From contig SMSO01000031.1 of the NCBI GenBank assembly GCA_004764695.1, positions 3,758,436 through 3,822,435 of the forward strand: a stretch of 64,000 nucleotides of DNA, given 5' to 3'. The first letter of the stretch is position 1. Each line of letters begins with the position of its first letter. The translations under genes and the position numbers were made by a program. This DNA comes from Schizochytrium sp. TIO01. Its lineage: Eukaryota > Protista > Bigyra: Labyrinthulomycetes. Positions 23,563 through 35,345 of this stretch are shown one piece after another. The notes beneath the pieces were generated by a model that searched no databases, was not told the origin of the DNA, and worked only from the letters and a program-made list of their open reading frames with translations.

Positions 23563-24047
23563 TCATATTGCTTGTAAACAACAAGGAACTATAGTACTTC
23601 TATAGTGCACATAATAATTTTTAATTTGTGGTAGTAATGGTTCAAAGCTTCAATTCTTATTATTGTAGGCACCACAGCATTGGGCAATTGTTCTTTCCAG
23701 TGGTGCTTGGTGCTTGCGGGCCCCACGAAGCATCAACCTGTAGGTTTATGTCAATACAATAGTTGTAACTCTATAAACTGGGGTGATGCTGTGGTCTATC
23801 TCTTCACTGATAAAAATAAAAACAATTGTACTAAATTTGCATTATACTAATAAAACATTAATATCACCAAGGGCCAACCCTGATGATTTAATCATACTCC
23901 TTTGGCATAAGTACAATCAGTAGCAGGGCGTTGCAGTTGCTAACTGAGCTTGAAACAAAAATGAAGTTGAGATGGTGTAAGTCTACCCCATGTCTCTGTT
24001 GCTATCACTTGGTTATAGTACACCTAAATCTACAAAGGACCTACGAA

Positions 24048-25271
24048 TCATGCCGAAAGATGTGCTGTAACGTCTTGAATACCATCATCATTTGTAAAGA
24101 CATGAAGTTGCCTCTGTGTCTCTCCAGCTGAGGAGGTTAAGTAGTCCATCAAAAGGTTGAGGTCGATCTGTTTCCATGAGTTGTCTGCATACGATCGAAA
24201 TAGTGTGCGAAGATTTTGCGGATCTTTAATAAGGGCCCATTGAGTAAAATCCCCTGTATCAAGAAGAGAAATTTTGGAGACAACCCCATTTGGAATAACT
24301 ACATTGTTCAGTAGTGCCGTTGTTAACTGGATGGCATCTTTCCGTGTAGCAACAGGCTCGTTATACATTGCCAGTTCTCGGAGGATAAACGTGCGTACAA
24401 ACCGAGCTTGAGGACCAGCATCACCAGGCAGTCCAACCAAATTAAGACCATGATTTCCCGGGCTGGGCACAGGGCCTTGCTCCGTATTGATCGTCCCCAC
24501 TGTTTGAGACCAGTCTGAGGTTTGCGGGCTCATGTATGAGTACTGGTTGAGATTAAGTAAGTGCCAATCGAATTCCGGATCATTCGTCATGACCCCAACG
24601 GTGTTCTCGTGAACTTGAAGGGTACCCTTTACCCATTCAAGTACAACACTGTGGCCAGATGCATCCGCTAAAGCGAAATGAATTGATAGTTGCTTTGGAA
24701 GAAGACTATGGCCGAGAACAGCAACGTCACCAGATGTGAGAGCCTGCGTTGCTGCCACGGTGCTGTTAAATTTCCCTAGTACCCAGGGAATGAGTACAAG
24801 ATAATCAATATGTACACTAGCAACACGCTCAGCTTGTGTTCCCTCAGCATACTGTGCACGGACATGGGTATGCGCCGACATGCTAAGGCCAGCTTCATTC
24901 ATCCCGTCCACCACAGCCTGCATCTCAAACCCAAAAAGCTCGAGCGAGCCAGTGCTAGCAAGAAACCCAATGGATGTAGAGAAGTGGGTTTTTTCTCCAC
25001 GCAATTGTCGGCGACTCGGGGAGATAATAGGTTCTACTACTTTCACGGGCACCAGCGAGTACGGAAACCTTGCACCACGACGAAACGCCGTCATTTTCCA
25101 GCCCTTTTCTAGGGAAACTCCGCCAAGCTCCATAGTTCTACCAATGAGGTACTCCTGCGGGGTTTCGCCATAGCGTACTTCAACATAGGTGCACCCATTT
25201 GATAAAACAAGCCCAGAGACTACAAGAACCGTGAGGATGATGCATCGGAGCAAGAGCGTTCTATTCACCAT
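24048..25271 (-). CDS. Linear amide C-N hydrolase (choloylglycine hydrolase/penicillin V acylase family, Ntn hydrolase), with signal peptide
   Basis: Hydrophobic leader followed by the nucleophile Cys (SNG|CTYV), GRTME, DGMNEAGL, HFALADASGHSVVLEW, GVMTNDPEFDWHLLNL and GLPGDAGPQARFVR. Confidence 0.92.
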   Translation of the reverse strand: MVNRTLLLRCIILTVLVVSGLVLSNGCTYVEVRYGETPQEYLIGRTMELGGVSLEKGWKMTAFRRGARFPYSLVPVKVVEPIISPSRRQLRGEKTHFSTSIGFLASTGSLELFGFEMQAVVDGMNEAGLSMSAHTHVRAQYAEGTQAERVASVHIDYLVLIPWVLGKFNSTVAATQALTSGDVAVLGHSLLPKQLSIHFALADASGHSVVLEWVKGTLQVHENTVGVMTNDPEFDWHLLNLNQYSYMSPQTSDWSQTVGTINTEQGPVPSPGNHGLNLVGLPGDAGPQARFVRTFILRELAMYNEPVATRKDAIQLTTALLNNVVIPNGVVSKISLLDTGDFTQWALIKDPQNLRTLFRSYADNSWKQIDLNLLMDYLTSSAGETQRQLHVFTNDDGIQDVTAHLSA

Positions 25272-26076
25272 TCTCGTTCTGAAGTATCACTACTTATCTA
25301 CAAAGTTATGCAAAGGACACTGAAGCAAGGAGGCACAGCTCCGTTTCAACAGGTCGCAACACAAGGAGGTACAGAGGGAATAGCAGATGTTTCGTGGCAA
25401 ACTTTGTCGTCTTGACCTTGAACGAACCGAATTTGGAGACTCCCACGCTAGAAGTCCGAGACTAGCGTGAAAGACTTAAACTAGTACTACTAGTACTCTT
25501 GAGAATACAAGAAGGGCATTCAAGGCTAAAGACTTTCTGTTGGCCTCTACGACAAAGAAAGCACCAACGCCCTGTCGCATTCAGTACTTCTTGCTTATAT
25601 GAAATTGGCGATCTAGTTTTGTGTTGGCCTGGGCCACAAAGGAAAAGAAACTTTTAAAACAAAGCGCACGGCGTCTCCGCGATGACGCAAGACTCCAGAA
25701 TGAACACCGAAGTGGTAAGGACAGTAAGAAGTCTATAGGAAAGAATCACGTCACTTCCTGACACTTATTATGTAATAGGATGGAGGTTCGTTGCTTTTAT
25801 TTAGTAGAGTATAATGTTTTAGTAATCGCCATTAGGAATAGGTCCTCAAGGAGAAAAAGAAAAAAATCATAATCCTATTGCCCTTAGGAAAAAAACCTAG
25901 TCAACCGTCCACAAAACACTCAGGTTAATCACAGCAGGTACATACTACAAATTGATTTTTTGAGATATAAGGCAGTCTTTTTGATAGAATTGGTTAAGAA
26001 GTAGATGAGCAATTTCATAAATAATCCTTGTAGACAGACATTGTAAGTAGAAAGCTCAAAAAATTGTTTAGATTTA

Positions 26077-28011
26077 TCAACAGGGCCGATAGTTAGGCTG
26101 AATTGCTTGCAAATGTCGGGCTACAAACTTGCGCACATGCATAAAAGTATCATCGTCCAATAGATCAATGTCCAAAACAAGCTCGCCCATCTCTGAGACC
26201 GGAAGTACAATACCAGCATTCTTAATCAGATCAAGTACACGTCGTAACTTTTCGCCATTGAGAAAATTGAGATCCCGACCAAGACGGCGCTTCATTTCAT
26301 ATGTAAACTGGGATTTCTTTGAAGAGCGCTTCTTCCGTTTAGGAGCAGCTGGCTGTGTACTCTTCGATGTTGCAGTTGGTTGCATAGCGAGAGATTCAAC
26401 AAATCCCTCCATGCCAATAGCTGGCAGAGCGAAAGATTCTGCAGGATCAAGCGGCATCATTGCACCTTGCTGAAGTTGTTTTAGATGCTTTGATAATTGT
26501 GCAATTTGAGCCTTGAGTTTAATCACTTCCTCATCTTCAGATTGCGCGCTTGTGGAACTGATAGAGGAGTGTGAACGTTTAACACGTTTTGGTGGCTTTG
26601 GTGCATCGGAAGATGTGCTAGATGATCCATTACTAGTGCTCCGCACGGTCGAGGTAGTAGTTGTACAATTAGTTGTCAGTGAGCCAGTGCTAGAGCTGTC
26701 AGCTCCAGCTGATTGCTTGCTTTCATAAACTACCTCAAATGCAACCTTTGGCACAGATTGGCGTTTACCAAGGGTACAACGGGGAGTAGATATCTGCAAG
26801 AGTTCTCGAAGGCGCTGCCCTAACAAGCTTGACAGCTCGCTTGCCTTTTTGTGCACTGCGCTGCCTCGGGCGTTGTAGAGAAGAGCATTCGAAAAGGTTA
26901 GCTCCATATCTTTTTGCATCGACAGTGCCGTCCTATATTCACCTTTATCAACGCGGGTTTTGATTGTTCCAAGATCCATGGGATTTGTGATAATATCATG
27001 GTAGTCAAGAAGCCCAAGCATCTTTGCATCGACAGGAGCAGAGAAGAAATTTAGTGTGTCGAGGTCCATGAGCTCTTTCAAAACATTTTGGAGCTTAAGC
27101 AACATAGTTTTGTCAGATTCAGATACTTTCTGGGAACCCTGTCTAGAGCATTGTGAATCATCTTTTGACAAAGAAGCTTGGTGGCTTGCAGCGATGGGAG
27201 GCATTGGCGTTTCCACATAATTACTTAACGCGACTGTATTAGTCCTTGTGTCAGAAGTTCGGGAATCAGCATCTCGAGATTTGCGATTCTGGGGCACAGA
27301 AGTCCGTCTCCTTGGCACATACTCTCGATAGAGTGTCATTTCTCCGGTTTGTTGATTAAGCTCTCCGTTGATAGTATACTTGCCAATTTTGTTTGTCCCG
27401 GTGCCACGGATGATAGCATTATCTTTGTTCTTTGCGCATTGAATAAACTCAATCAGAACGTTCTTTTCAGTGAATTTACTCGCGGGCTGGGTTGGAGTCG
27501 CGTTTATCTCAAAGAAACCTGCGAAGAGCCCACTAAGGGCAAGCACTCGAGACTCCTCCTCGTCATTCTTCTCATTTTCTTGAGAAGCAGAACTGAGACC
27601 ACTGGTATTTGGCACTTGCTTCTTTTTCTTCCCAGAGGGAGGCAGGCCCGTGCGTTCATACCTAAACGGAGCAGAGAGTTCCGGGAGGGATAGATCTTCC
27701 TCACGCATGGCCCATTTGCCTTGAAATACCAAAGTGTCATTGGAGTTTTTCATCAGATTTGTAATTGCACTAATGGTATCACCATTACTATCCCCAAGTG
27801 TGTTCTTTTTGGTAGGAGTTGAGGTACTAGAACTGGTGTTACTTTTACTGCTGCTCGCAATAACAACTTCGATTTGCTTGATATTATTTTGCTTACCAGG
27901 GGTAGAGCTCTTAGCAGAGCTAATAGAGGCAGAGCTAGCAAGAATATCTGGGCTTTCACCCTTGCGGTCTGGGTCACGAGATAGGGTTCCTCGCATCACG
28001 GGCCTCATCAT
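26077..28011 (-). CDS. Single-bromodomain plus ET/NET-domain protein (BET/GTE family)
   Basis: Bromodomain FFSAPVD..LGLLDYHDIITNPMDLGTIK...FSNALLYN. ET domain TYEMKRRLGRDLNFL...ELVLDIDLLDDDT. Confidence 0.92.
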   Translation of the reverse strand: MMRPVMRGTLSRDPDRKGESPDILASSASISSAKSSTPGKQNNIKQIEVVIASSSKSNTSSSTSTPTKKNTLGDSNGDTISAITNLMKNSNDTLVFQGKWAMREEDLSLPELSAPFRYERTGLPPSGKKKKQVPNTSGLSSASQENEKNDEEESRVLALSGLFAGFFEINATPTQPASKFTEKNVLIEFIQCAKNKDNAIIRGTGTNKIGKYTINGELNQQTGEMTLYREYVPRRRTSVPQNRKSRDADSRTSDTRTNTVALSNYVETPMPPIAASHQASLSKDDSQCSRQGSQKVSESDKTMLLKLQNVLKELMDLDTLNFFSAPVDAKMLGLLDYHDIITNPMDLGTIKTRVDKGEYRTALSMQKDMELTFSNALLYNARGSAVHKKASELSSLLGQRLRELLQISTPRCTLGKRQSVPKVAFEVVYESKQSAGADSSSTGSLTTNCTTTTSTVRSTSNGSSSTSSDAPKPPKRVKRSHSSISSTSAQSEDEEVIKLKAQIAQLSKHLKQLQQGAMMPLDPAESFALPAIGMEGFVESLAMQPTATSKSTQPAAPKRKKRSSKKSQFTYEMKRRLGRDLNFLNGEKLRRVLDLIKNAGIVLPVSEMGELVLDIDLLDDDTFMHVRKFVARHLQAIQPNYRPC

Positions 28012-29149
28012 GATGGTTCAAAATGTGGGAGAGCAAAAACGCAATGTTGGCGGTGTCAAAGACACGCACGAAGTTTCAGCAACCAGATGATTGGAAATAA
28101 GTTACCCTAGTTCTTTCGCCTCTGATACAATTCCTATTGTAGTCCTATTTGTGCTTGTGCTCTACTTTTTCTTTTTTCGAAGGATTTTTTTTTTTTAAAT
28201 TGAGTAAAAGCGAGGTATTACAAACAATCAATCAATTGTAGGTAAGCAGGTAGATAGACAGGTCTACTAATACTATTACTAGTAGTAAGAGTATTAGTGG
28301 TAGAAAAAGAAAGAGAGAGAGAGAAAGAAAGAAACCGAGGGAGGAAGGAAAGCTAACAAGCAAGCAAGCAAGGAAGGAAAAAGACTCAGCAGAGACAGAG
28401 AGAGAGAGAGGAGAAAAGGCCAAGCAAAAAGACTAAAGCAGAAAGGAGAACCAGAAGAGATGACAAGACGTTCCACGCAGACTCCTCTGCAGAGAGAAGG
28501 AAGAGGCGCAGCAGGAGAGCTAGCTTCGCCAAATCACTTGTGGGAGGAGGTCCAAACGCCAAAGACAGGGCCAAGAAGCTGTCCCAGTTCCCTCCCAGCT
28601 CCAAATAACGCTACCTAGCCAGCTAATTTGCTTGCTTGCTAGCAGTAGATAGATGGCCAGATCTTGCACTCTAAATCGCTTCTCTCTCCTCGCTGTCCTT
28701 CTCTTTGACTCTTATCTGGGAATATCTCTCGCTCCTCGCGATTATCTCTTGCGTTGATCTCGTATCCCTCGTAGTTGCTGCTCTTTATCACTCTTAGAAG
28801 ACGGAGAAAGGTCGATAAGTCAGCCGTCAGTCAAATGGTCTTCAGTCTGACCCGATGATGATGATGGTGCTGCCGGTTCTCGCCAGAGGCCTTGCCAGAC
28901 GTACTACTACGAAGAGAGCGCGATAGACGTGCACCAGAGGGTCTCAAGGGAGCGCAAGCAGGGGCTCTACTCACTGTTGAAGACGCAAGGGCTGGCGCAA
29001 GACAGACGTCCGCGATCTCACGCGTTTTGGGTTGAGTTGCAGGTTTGAAAAACTTTTGTTGTTCGTGTTGCATCAGTCTCAGAAGAAAAAAAAAAAACAG
29101 CATCAACAACAACACACACAAAACAAGAACAAGAACAATAATAAAAGAA

Positions 29150-29600
29150 CTACTAAAATAAGAACTATTAGAAGATGCTTAGTTGTAGTTAGGCATCATA
29201 TATCATGAAACTTCGAATACCATGAAAGGTAGCTCTTAGTAGATGCATAACTACTGCTATCCAGCATACCTAGGTAAAGACATGTATCTACCTGAGCTCA
29301 GGGATTGATAGGAGTACCTACTAGCCTTCACTAGTGAGAGTGTAACCTACTAGTAGTTATCAATAGCTAGTTACTATTATCTAATACTATCTACCTCCTT
29401 ATAGTAAGTTGAAGAACAAAAAACTCATAGTGCGAACTATAGCCCTACTAGTAGGTAATACCATCGTTAGTACTCCTGTCTACCTTGTACCTCAGGCTAG
29501 TCAGTATTATTAGTACACTTCATATATAATGTAGTACTACTAACAGATCCAGGTAGTGATAGTCTGAACCTACACTACGCCTAGAACAGAGGACTCCTAT
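29150..29600. promoter_or_regulatory. Largest CTAC/GTAG/CTAG-rich patch, between the divergent BET and PPT1 genes
   Basis: Dense ctactag/tacctag/gtagtactac words. Similar patches lie upstream of most genes (see findings). A regulatory role is inferred only. Confidence 0.35.
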
Positions 29601-31210
29601 TCGTGCCTACCAGCGTGTTGTCTAATATTGACCTGTAACATATCTTTTTTTGTTATTTTATCGTACTGTGCGTTGAGAAAGTTAAATTTATCGTAGATAT
29701 AACACCTATGCTATACAAAAGACAGAACATCGAGAAAGTGAATCATCAAGTACAAGAACTTGAGGGAGGTTTCTGAGTTTTTTTATGAGTGAGATTATTG
29801 GTGCCAACTAGGATTGAAATCGTAAAATAGAATAAGCCTCACGTGCAATTTGCGAGCTAGAAAAGTACGGATTTCGGAGATATCAACGTCTCACAAATGC
29901 GCCTTGCTCCTTTAAAGATATTATCTGTTTGTATATAGACTCAACAGTTTTCAAAAGCAAGTTTACAACAGCCTCCAGATGCTAATATAAATAGACCCCT
30001 TTGTGGTATTTCCTTACATATTGCGAGGGAGTATTAGTAAAATGGTCGCCAAAACATCGAGCTCAAAATTATTGTTCGGGATGATCGAATACTGGTTTGA
30101 CTTTAAAAAAAACTAGGTATACACCACGCAATAAAAAATTAGCAACATAATGATTAACCCTTAATCACTATGCCCTTTGCGACTCTCCCCTTCTGATGCA
30201 GCATACTTCTTTCACTACCTGGCAAAGCGGGATCAGCACGTGCAAAAGCTCCGTTCTCCCTTAACGAATTTTAGGAACAACTAAAGGAGAGGACATAATG
30301 TGCTGGAAGGTATCAAAAACCATGATCGAGAAGCGAAGAATCCTGTTTTTTAATATAGCTTCGAAATGTTTGCAACCATTCTTTCGTCTTCTTCCGGGAG
30401 AATACGTTGGTGGTGTTTGATATCTCGAGAGATTTTCTATGGATGCTTCAACTCAGCTAATTCCTCAGCCATTTGAGTGCTAACTTTATTTCTGAGCTTA
30501 TTCCCTATGTGACCGAGACAAGGAAAGCCAAACTGCTCACAACAGGAGCACTTAGGAAAGATTTATCAGCTTATTCATCAGCTAGAACCTCTCCAAGAGT
30601 AAAAGATGTAAGGAAAGGCTAGAAACCGAAGTATCTACTGACTCGGGACCCTGGCGTTCCCGTAGTGCCCTATGTAAACAGAAACCAGATTTTTAGATCG
30701 ATGCTAGCCTGGTTTCATCTGAAAGAAGTCCCATCAATTAGGTCGCGATGCGCGGCTAAAACAATTGCTTGTGACTTGAACAAGCGGAAATTCGGTGCTC
30801 GGCAATCTAACTAGCAACAATCGCATGGTAGAAAGAGTAGTTTAGCCTTTGGCCAGAGCGCGTTGCATCATGTTACTAAAGAGTTAAAAACCATTGACCT
30901 ATGTACACTCTTCGTAGTCAGAGGCCCACTCCGAAAAATCTTTAAACTCGGGTAAAAACTCAAGCTAAAACAATGCACTAATGTTAATTACAGGATGGCC
31001 TAAGGACATGCCTGGGACTAAACTTCGAAAAGGACGTTGATATTTTTCAATATCCAAAATACTCCTCGCGAAAAGGTCTGATCACAGCGACGAACTTGCA
31101 CTAGACAGTGTGCGAGTGCGTGCGTGTGCGCGTACTGACGTCCTTGTGTGCTGCGAAGACAGCGAATAGACAGAGGATACCTGCAAGTTCGTAGCTTGTC
31201 CAAGATTAAG

Positions 31211-32203
31211 ATGCTTAGACCTCCTGCCATTCACCATCCCAGCTTTGCTCTGCTGGTTCTTGCCTTCGTCGGTACTCTGGTATGTGTTGCAAAAGGCTCT
31301 ATAGGCGAACTTAGGATGACCAATGCGGAAAGTCTTGGTGAAAGATTAGGAGGTGCTATTGACTCTGCAAAATCTCCTCTTGTCTTTGCTCATGGTATGG
31401 GTGATTCCTGCTTCAATCCTGGTATGAAACAGATTACTAAGCTAGCTGGTCAATACGCTGGTGTGTATAGCACATGTATTGCAGAAGGATCAAACCAGCC
31501 TGAAGATACTACGAATGGTTTTTTCATGAATATGAATAAGCAGGTTGACTACTTTGCTAAGCAAGTCAAAGCAGATGAGAATCTCCAACAAGGATTCTCT
31601 GCCGTTGGCTTGAGCCAAGGTAATTTAGTGATTCGCGGCTATATCGAAAAGTACAACGACCCTCCGGTCATAGGATTCCTCAGCATAAACGGCCCACTTG
31701 CTGGCACTGCGAGTCTACCGAGGTGCAACCCAGATGGCTGGGTTGGCTACCTCTGCAAAAAGGCCACAGATCTGGTCGGCGATGCTGCATATACTTCAGT
31801 CATTCAAGAGCATGTAGCGCAGGCTAACTTTCTCAAAGTACCAGGGGAAATAGACGCCTATCTGAAAGTAAATCCGTTCTTGCCTTACCTCAACAATGAA
31901 ATAGAGCACGCTGATAGCAAGAAATTTAGGGACAACTTTGCAAGTATCTCAAAGCTCGTCCTCGTCAAAGCTGATAGTGATACTATGATTTTCCCGCGTG
32001 AGACAGCTTGGTTTGCTTACTTCGACAACGACCACTTCGGACGTGTTTTGCCTATGAATGAGACGCAGGCCTATACTACGAACGCCTTTGGCTTACGCTC
32101 TTTAGCCGAATCGAACAGAATAGTGTTTCGTTCTTCTCCTGGTGACCATCTCGATTTCTCTTTGCGCGATCTTCAGGCCTGGCTGAAGGACCTCTACGAA
32201 TAA
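31211..32203 (+). CDS. PPT1: Palmitoyl-protein thioesterase 1 (lysosomal, signal peptide)
   Basis: PLVFAHGMGDSC, nucleophile GLSQG, FLPYLNNE, DTMIFPRETAWF and GDHLDF. First ATG at 31211 is followed by a hydrophobic leader. Confidence 0.95.
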   Translation: MLRPPAIHHPSFALLVLAFVGTLVCVAKGSIGELRMTNAESLGERLGGAIDSAKSPLVFAHGMGDSCFNPGMKQITKLAGQYAGVYSTCIAEGSNQPEDTTNGFFMNMNKQVDYFAKQVKADENLQQGFSAVGLSQGNLVIRGYIEKYNDPPVIGFLSINGPLAGTASLPRCNPDGWVGYLCKKATDLVGDAAYTSVIQEHVAQANFLKVPGEIDAYLKVNPFLPYLNNEIEHADSKKFRDNFASISKLVLVKADSDTMIFPRETAWFAYFDNDHFGRVLPMNETQAYTTNAFGLRSLAESNRIVFRSSPGDHLDFSLRDLQAWLKDLYE

Positions 32204-33293
32204 ACTACTGTTATAAACTTATCGTAGCTTGGCAAGATCGGGTATACTTGAGACGAAGCGCGTCGGTCTTCTACTGGTGAGTAGAGGATATTTTCGATCT
32301 GTCAAGGCCAGAGACGCTCACTTAAGATCGTAAACATATGAACCCAGGATCTACTACCTCTTTGCGGCCTGGACAGCTGCGAATAATTGATTTATTGATT
32401 ACATTTTTCTGTTTGGATGCATGCGTTCTTAGTACTCGAATGAATCCACCCAACATCGTTTTATTACCCAGATCTTAGATGTCTCAGATAAACTTTCGTC
32501 TTTTAGCAGGGGTTACGAGGAATCAAATCGAACGACAGCCTTGATTTGCGCACAGCCTAAAGCTAGCCACACCTGATTGTATCAATGAAACTTGACCTTG
32601 TGTCGACATAAATAACGAAATACCTAGGAAGGAATTTGATTCCAGTAAACCTCTCTCCATTGTTGTAGGGAAATGAGGAAGCGGAAACAAGTGGGCGCGA
32701 CAAAAAGTGAGCGAACAAGCTGCCATTTAGCTGTTTTCAAAGCAAGTAGCATAGTTGCAGGATATCTGTTATGCAGAAATTGGTCGGGCCAGCTTTGAGT
32801 TTCTCATTCTTTCTCAAATATTTCAAGAATTTTACTACAAGTAATAATTCAAAGGCAAAACATGTAGAATTTCCATGATCTATAAAGCTCAAGCGCATTT
32901 GATTTCTCGTATAAACATCGATTATCTATGTATCACGGCCTCTTCTACTAGGGGTGTGGATCAGAAAGAAACAAATAGACCCGCTATGCTTAGAGGAAGT
33001 GTAATACTGCCCGCATTCTATTTTAACAACAGACCTATCAAGATTCATAGAATCAGATAGAGGTTTTCAGCATATACATACACATTTTTAAAGTCAGTAT
33101 CATGAGGCAGTTAAAGGCGATAGATATCACACAGCTGAGAGACCCCGAGATCAACCAAAAGCGTGTGTTTCCATCTTTTGCTACTACTTACTTGTATTGG
33201 ACACCAGGCCAGGCCCTCCATCCATTGAAAAGCGTGAAGGATACATTGAAGATCAAGAAAGTCAGCGTCTGTCTAAGCACTTGCACTTGGACT

Positions 33294-33352
33294 ACTCGAA
33301 TGACTCGAATGACTCGAATGACTCGAATGACTCGAATGACTCGAATGACTCG
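33294..33352. repeat. Perfect 9-bp tandem repeat (ACTCGAATG) x ~6.5
   Basis: Read directly from the sequence. Confidence 0.95.
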
Positions 33353-34792
33353 TGTCCCGTACGCAAAAGAGCATGCGAGCCACCGAAGGGCCCTTGAGGG
33401 ACGCTCGCGCCAAGCTTAGCATTCGTGCGCCAACTGCTGCTACTTTGCTCCTTTATGACTCAGGAGCGCGAACTCTCCACTTTCGCAATGCGGAGCCACA
33501 TCTGTCTGTCAGCAGCTTACGCGAGGAGTCTCCTGTGGCCCACATTTGGCCCAAGCACAAGTCCATGGATCACCCGCCAGCCAGACTCCTTAGAGCCTTC
33601 GAGTTCGTCGTACAACCTCTCCTTTCTGCACCAAAGTCCTTGGCGGTTTTCGCTGATCTTGGAGATATCTTGCGCGTTTCTGCAGCTCGTAATTCCTTTC
33701 GAGTCGAGGCTGCAGTCGATTGATGGCGATTCGAACTCAACTTGAATGCCTCGCACCCAATAATTGGCGCGGCGCAGCCCAATGTATGTAGAGTTCACTC
33801 TCAGAGCTAGTCCACTATAAGCGGGATCGACATTTGGTCTGCAGCCTTGAGCTGAGCTGAGGTTCGAAGCCCTTTCTCTCCCTTTCTAAGCTGTTCGCGA
33901 CCGATGGATCGAGCCAGTTTCACATCATTCGATGGCGACACTCCCTCCTTCGATCGTCCAGGTAGGTCCTCCTCTCTTCCAAAGCTCTGGGGTTCATGCA
34001 GACAGACAGAGAGACAGAGAGAGACCTGCTGCCGCGTAAGGACCTTCTTTGGAGCGAGCTGTTGGCGCGAGTCTCGAGGCCCTCGCGATATCGCCCCGAG
34101 ACTTACTGATTGGCGCTCGACGGCGCTGTCTGCAGCACTGTCTGCAGCATCGCCAACGAGGAAGGAAGGCCGTCGCCGGCCAGCCAGCCAGCCAGCCAGT
34201 AGTGGGCCTTTCCTGGCCGCCTGCTCGTAACCACTAGCCCTCGCTTACGCAGGGCTGGGATCGCAGCCACCTCAGAGAGACACGGAACTCGTGATCTTTG
34301 CCAAGAGGGCGCAATCTTGCAGGACCAAAGGCGCGCGATCTTTGCAATCGACTTGTATCTGCGGGGAGACGGATGGCAGCCGTCGAGAGGAAACTCGTAA
34401 TTTCAGGCCAGTATCGATGCAGTCGCAGGCCTGCTGAAGACGTTCTTCTGAAGACGTTCTGCTTGAGACGTTCTGCTTCAGGACATGGGTCTGTCTATGG
34501 CTCTTGGCTTACAGGGGATCTGGTGACCCCCGGCGAGAGGGCGGGAGGGAGGGATGGCGTCCTCCAAGTCTGGATGAATGAACGCTCTGCCCACGTTCAA
34601 GCCCATTCATTTGCTTTTCGCAGCGTTGCCAGAGCTGCTTCTACTGCTGCTGCTGCTGCTGCTGCTGCTTATGGACAGGTGAGCAGCAGAGAGGCGCTGC
34701 GCATAGGTTAGGCTTCGTTTGCGACGATGATGCCGCCGCCTGAGTCTGCCACGGACGGGCGCAGCACTTGAGAGATTCAATGCAATGTAATT

Positions 34793-34913
34793 CAAGGCAA
34801 GGCAAGGCAAGGCAAGGCAAGGCAAGGCAAGCAAGACAAGACAAGGCAAGACAAGACAAGACAAGACAAGACAAGACAAGACAAGACAAGGCAAGGCAAG
34901 GCAAGGCAAGGCA
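34793..34913. repeat. Compound pentanucleotide microsatellite (AAGGC)n(AAGAC)n(AAGGC)n
   Basis: Read directly from the sequence. Confidence 0.95.
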
Positions 34914-35290
34914 GTCCGCCTTACGCGGGATCCAGGCCCTGCATGCCTCCTTGTCTCGTGACGGCGGTGCAGGATCCTGCAGCTCCGCCGAGGCAGAGCC
35001 GTCTCTGAGGGAGTCGGTGTTTTCCTTGTGCTCGGGAACTCGCGTGTTCAGGCAGGCGAGCAAGCAAGTGGCAGCCGCTCTTCGGGTTCGTGCGCATCTC
35101 GGGTTCTCGAGATGGTCTTCGCGGAAAGCAAGCAAGCAGGCAAGCAAGCAAGCAGGCAAGCGCGGCATGAAGATCCGCGACGCTTGGAGAGGAGAGGCGA
35201 GGCGAGCCAGCCCGACCTGCGCTATACGGGGCGGCGCATGACCTCGGGACACACCTCCGTACTTACTTCGGGGACCAGGTCAGATGGCAG

Positions 35291-35345
35291 TGCGTTGCGT
35301 TGCATTGCGTTGCGTTGCGTTGCGTTGCGTTGCGTTGCGTTGCGT
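35291..35345. repeat. (TGCGT)n microsatellite
   Basis: About 11 units, one variant. Confidence 0.95.

Noticed and set aside
25444-25469. 8-bp inverted repeat CACGCTAG...CTAGCGTG
   Set aside because: Too short to be significant in 64 kb; bacterial-type terminators are not relevant here.
33294-33352. Short repeat array as a possible CRISPR
   Set aside because: Direct tandem units with no spacers, eukaryotic context and no cas genes.
33800-33885. GGTTCGAAGCCC, resembling a tRNA T-loop/B-box
   Set aside because: The T-stem does not pair properly, and no acceptor stem, D arm or anticodon arm can be built.
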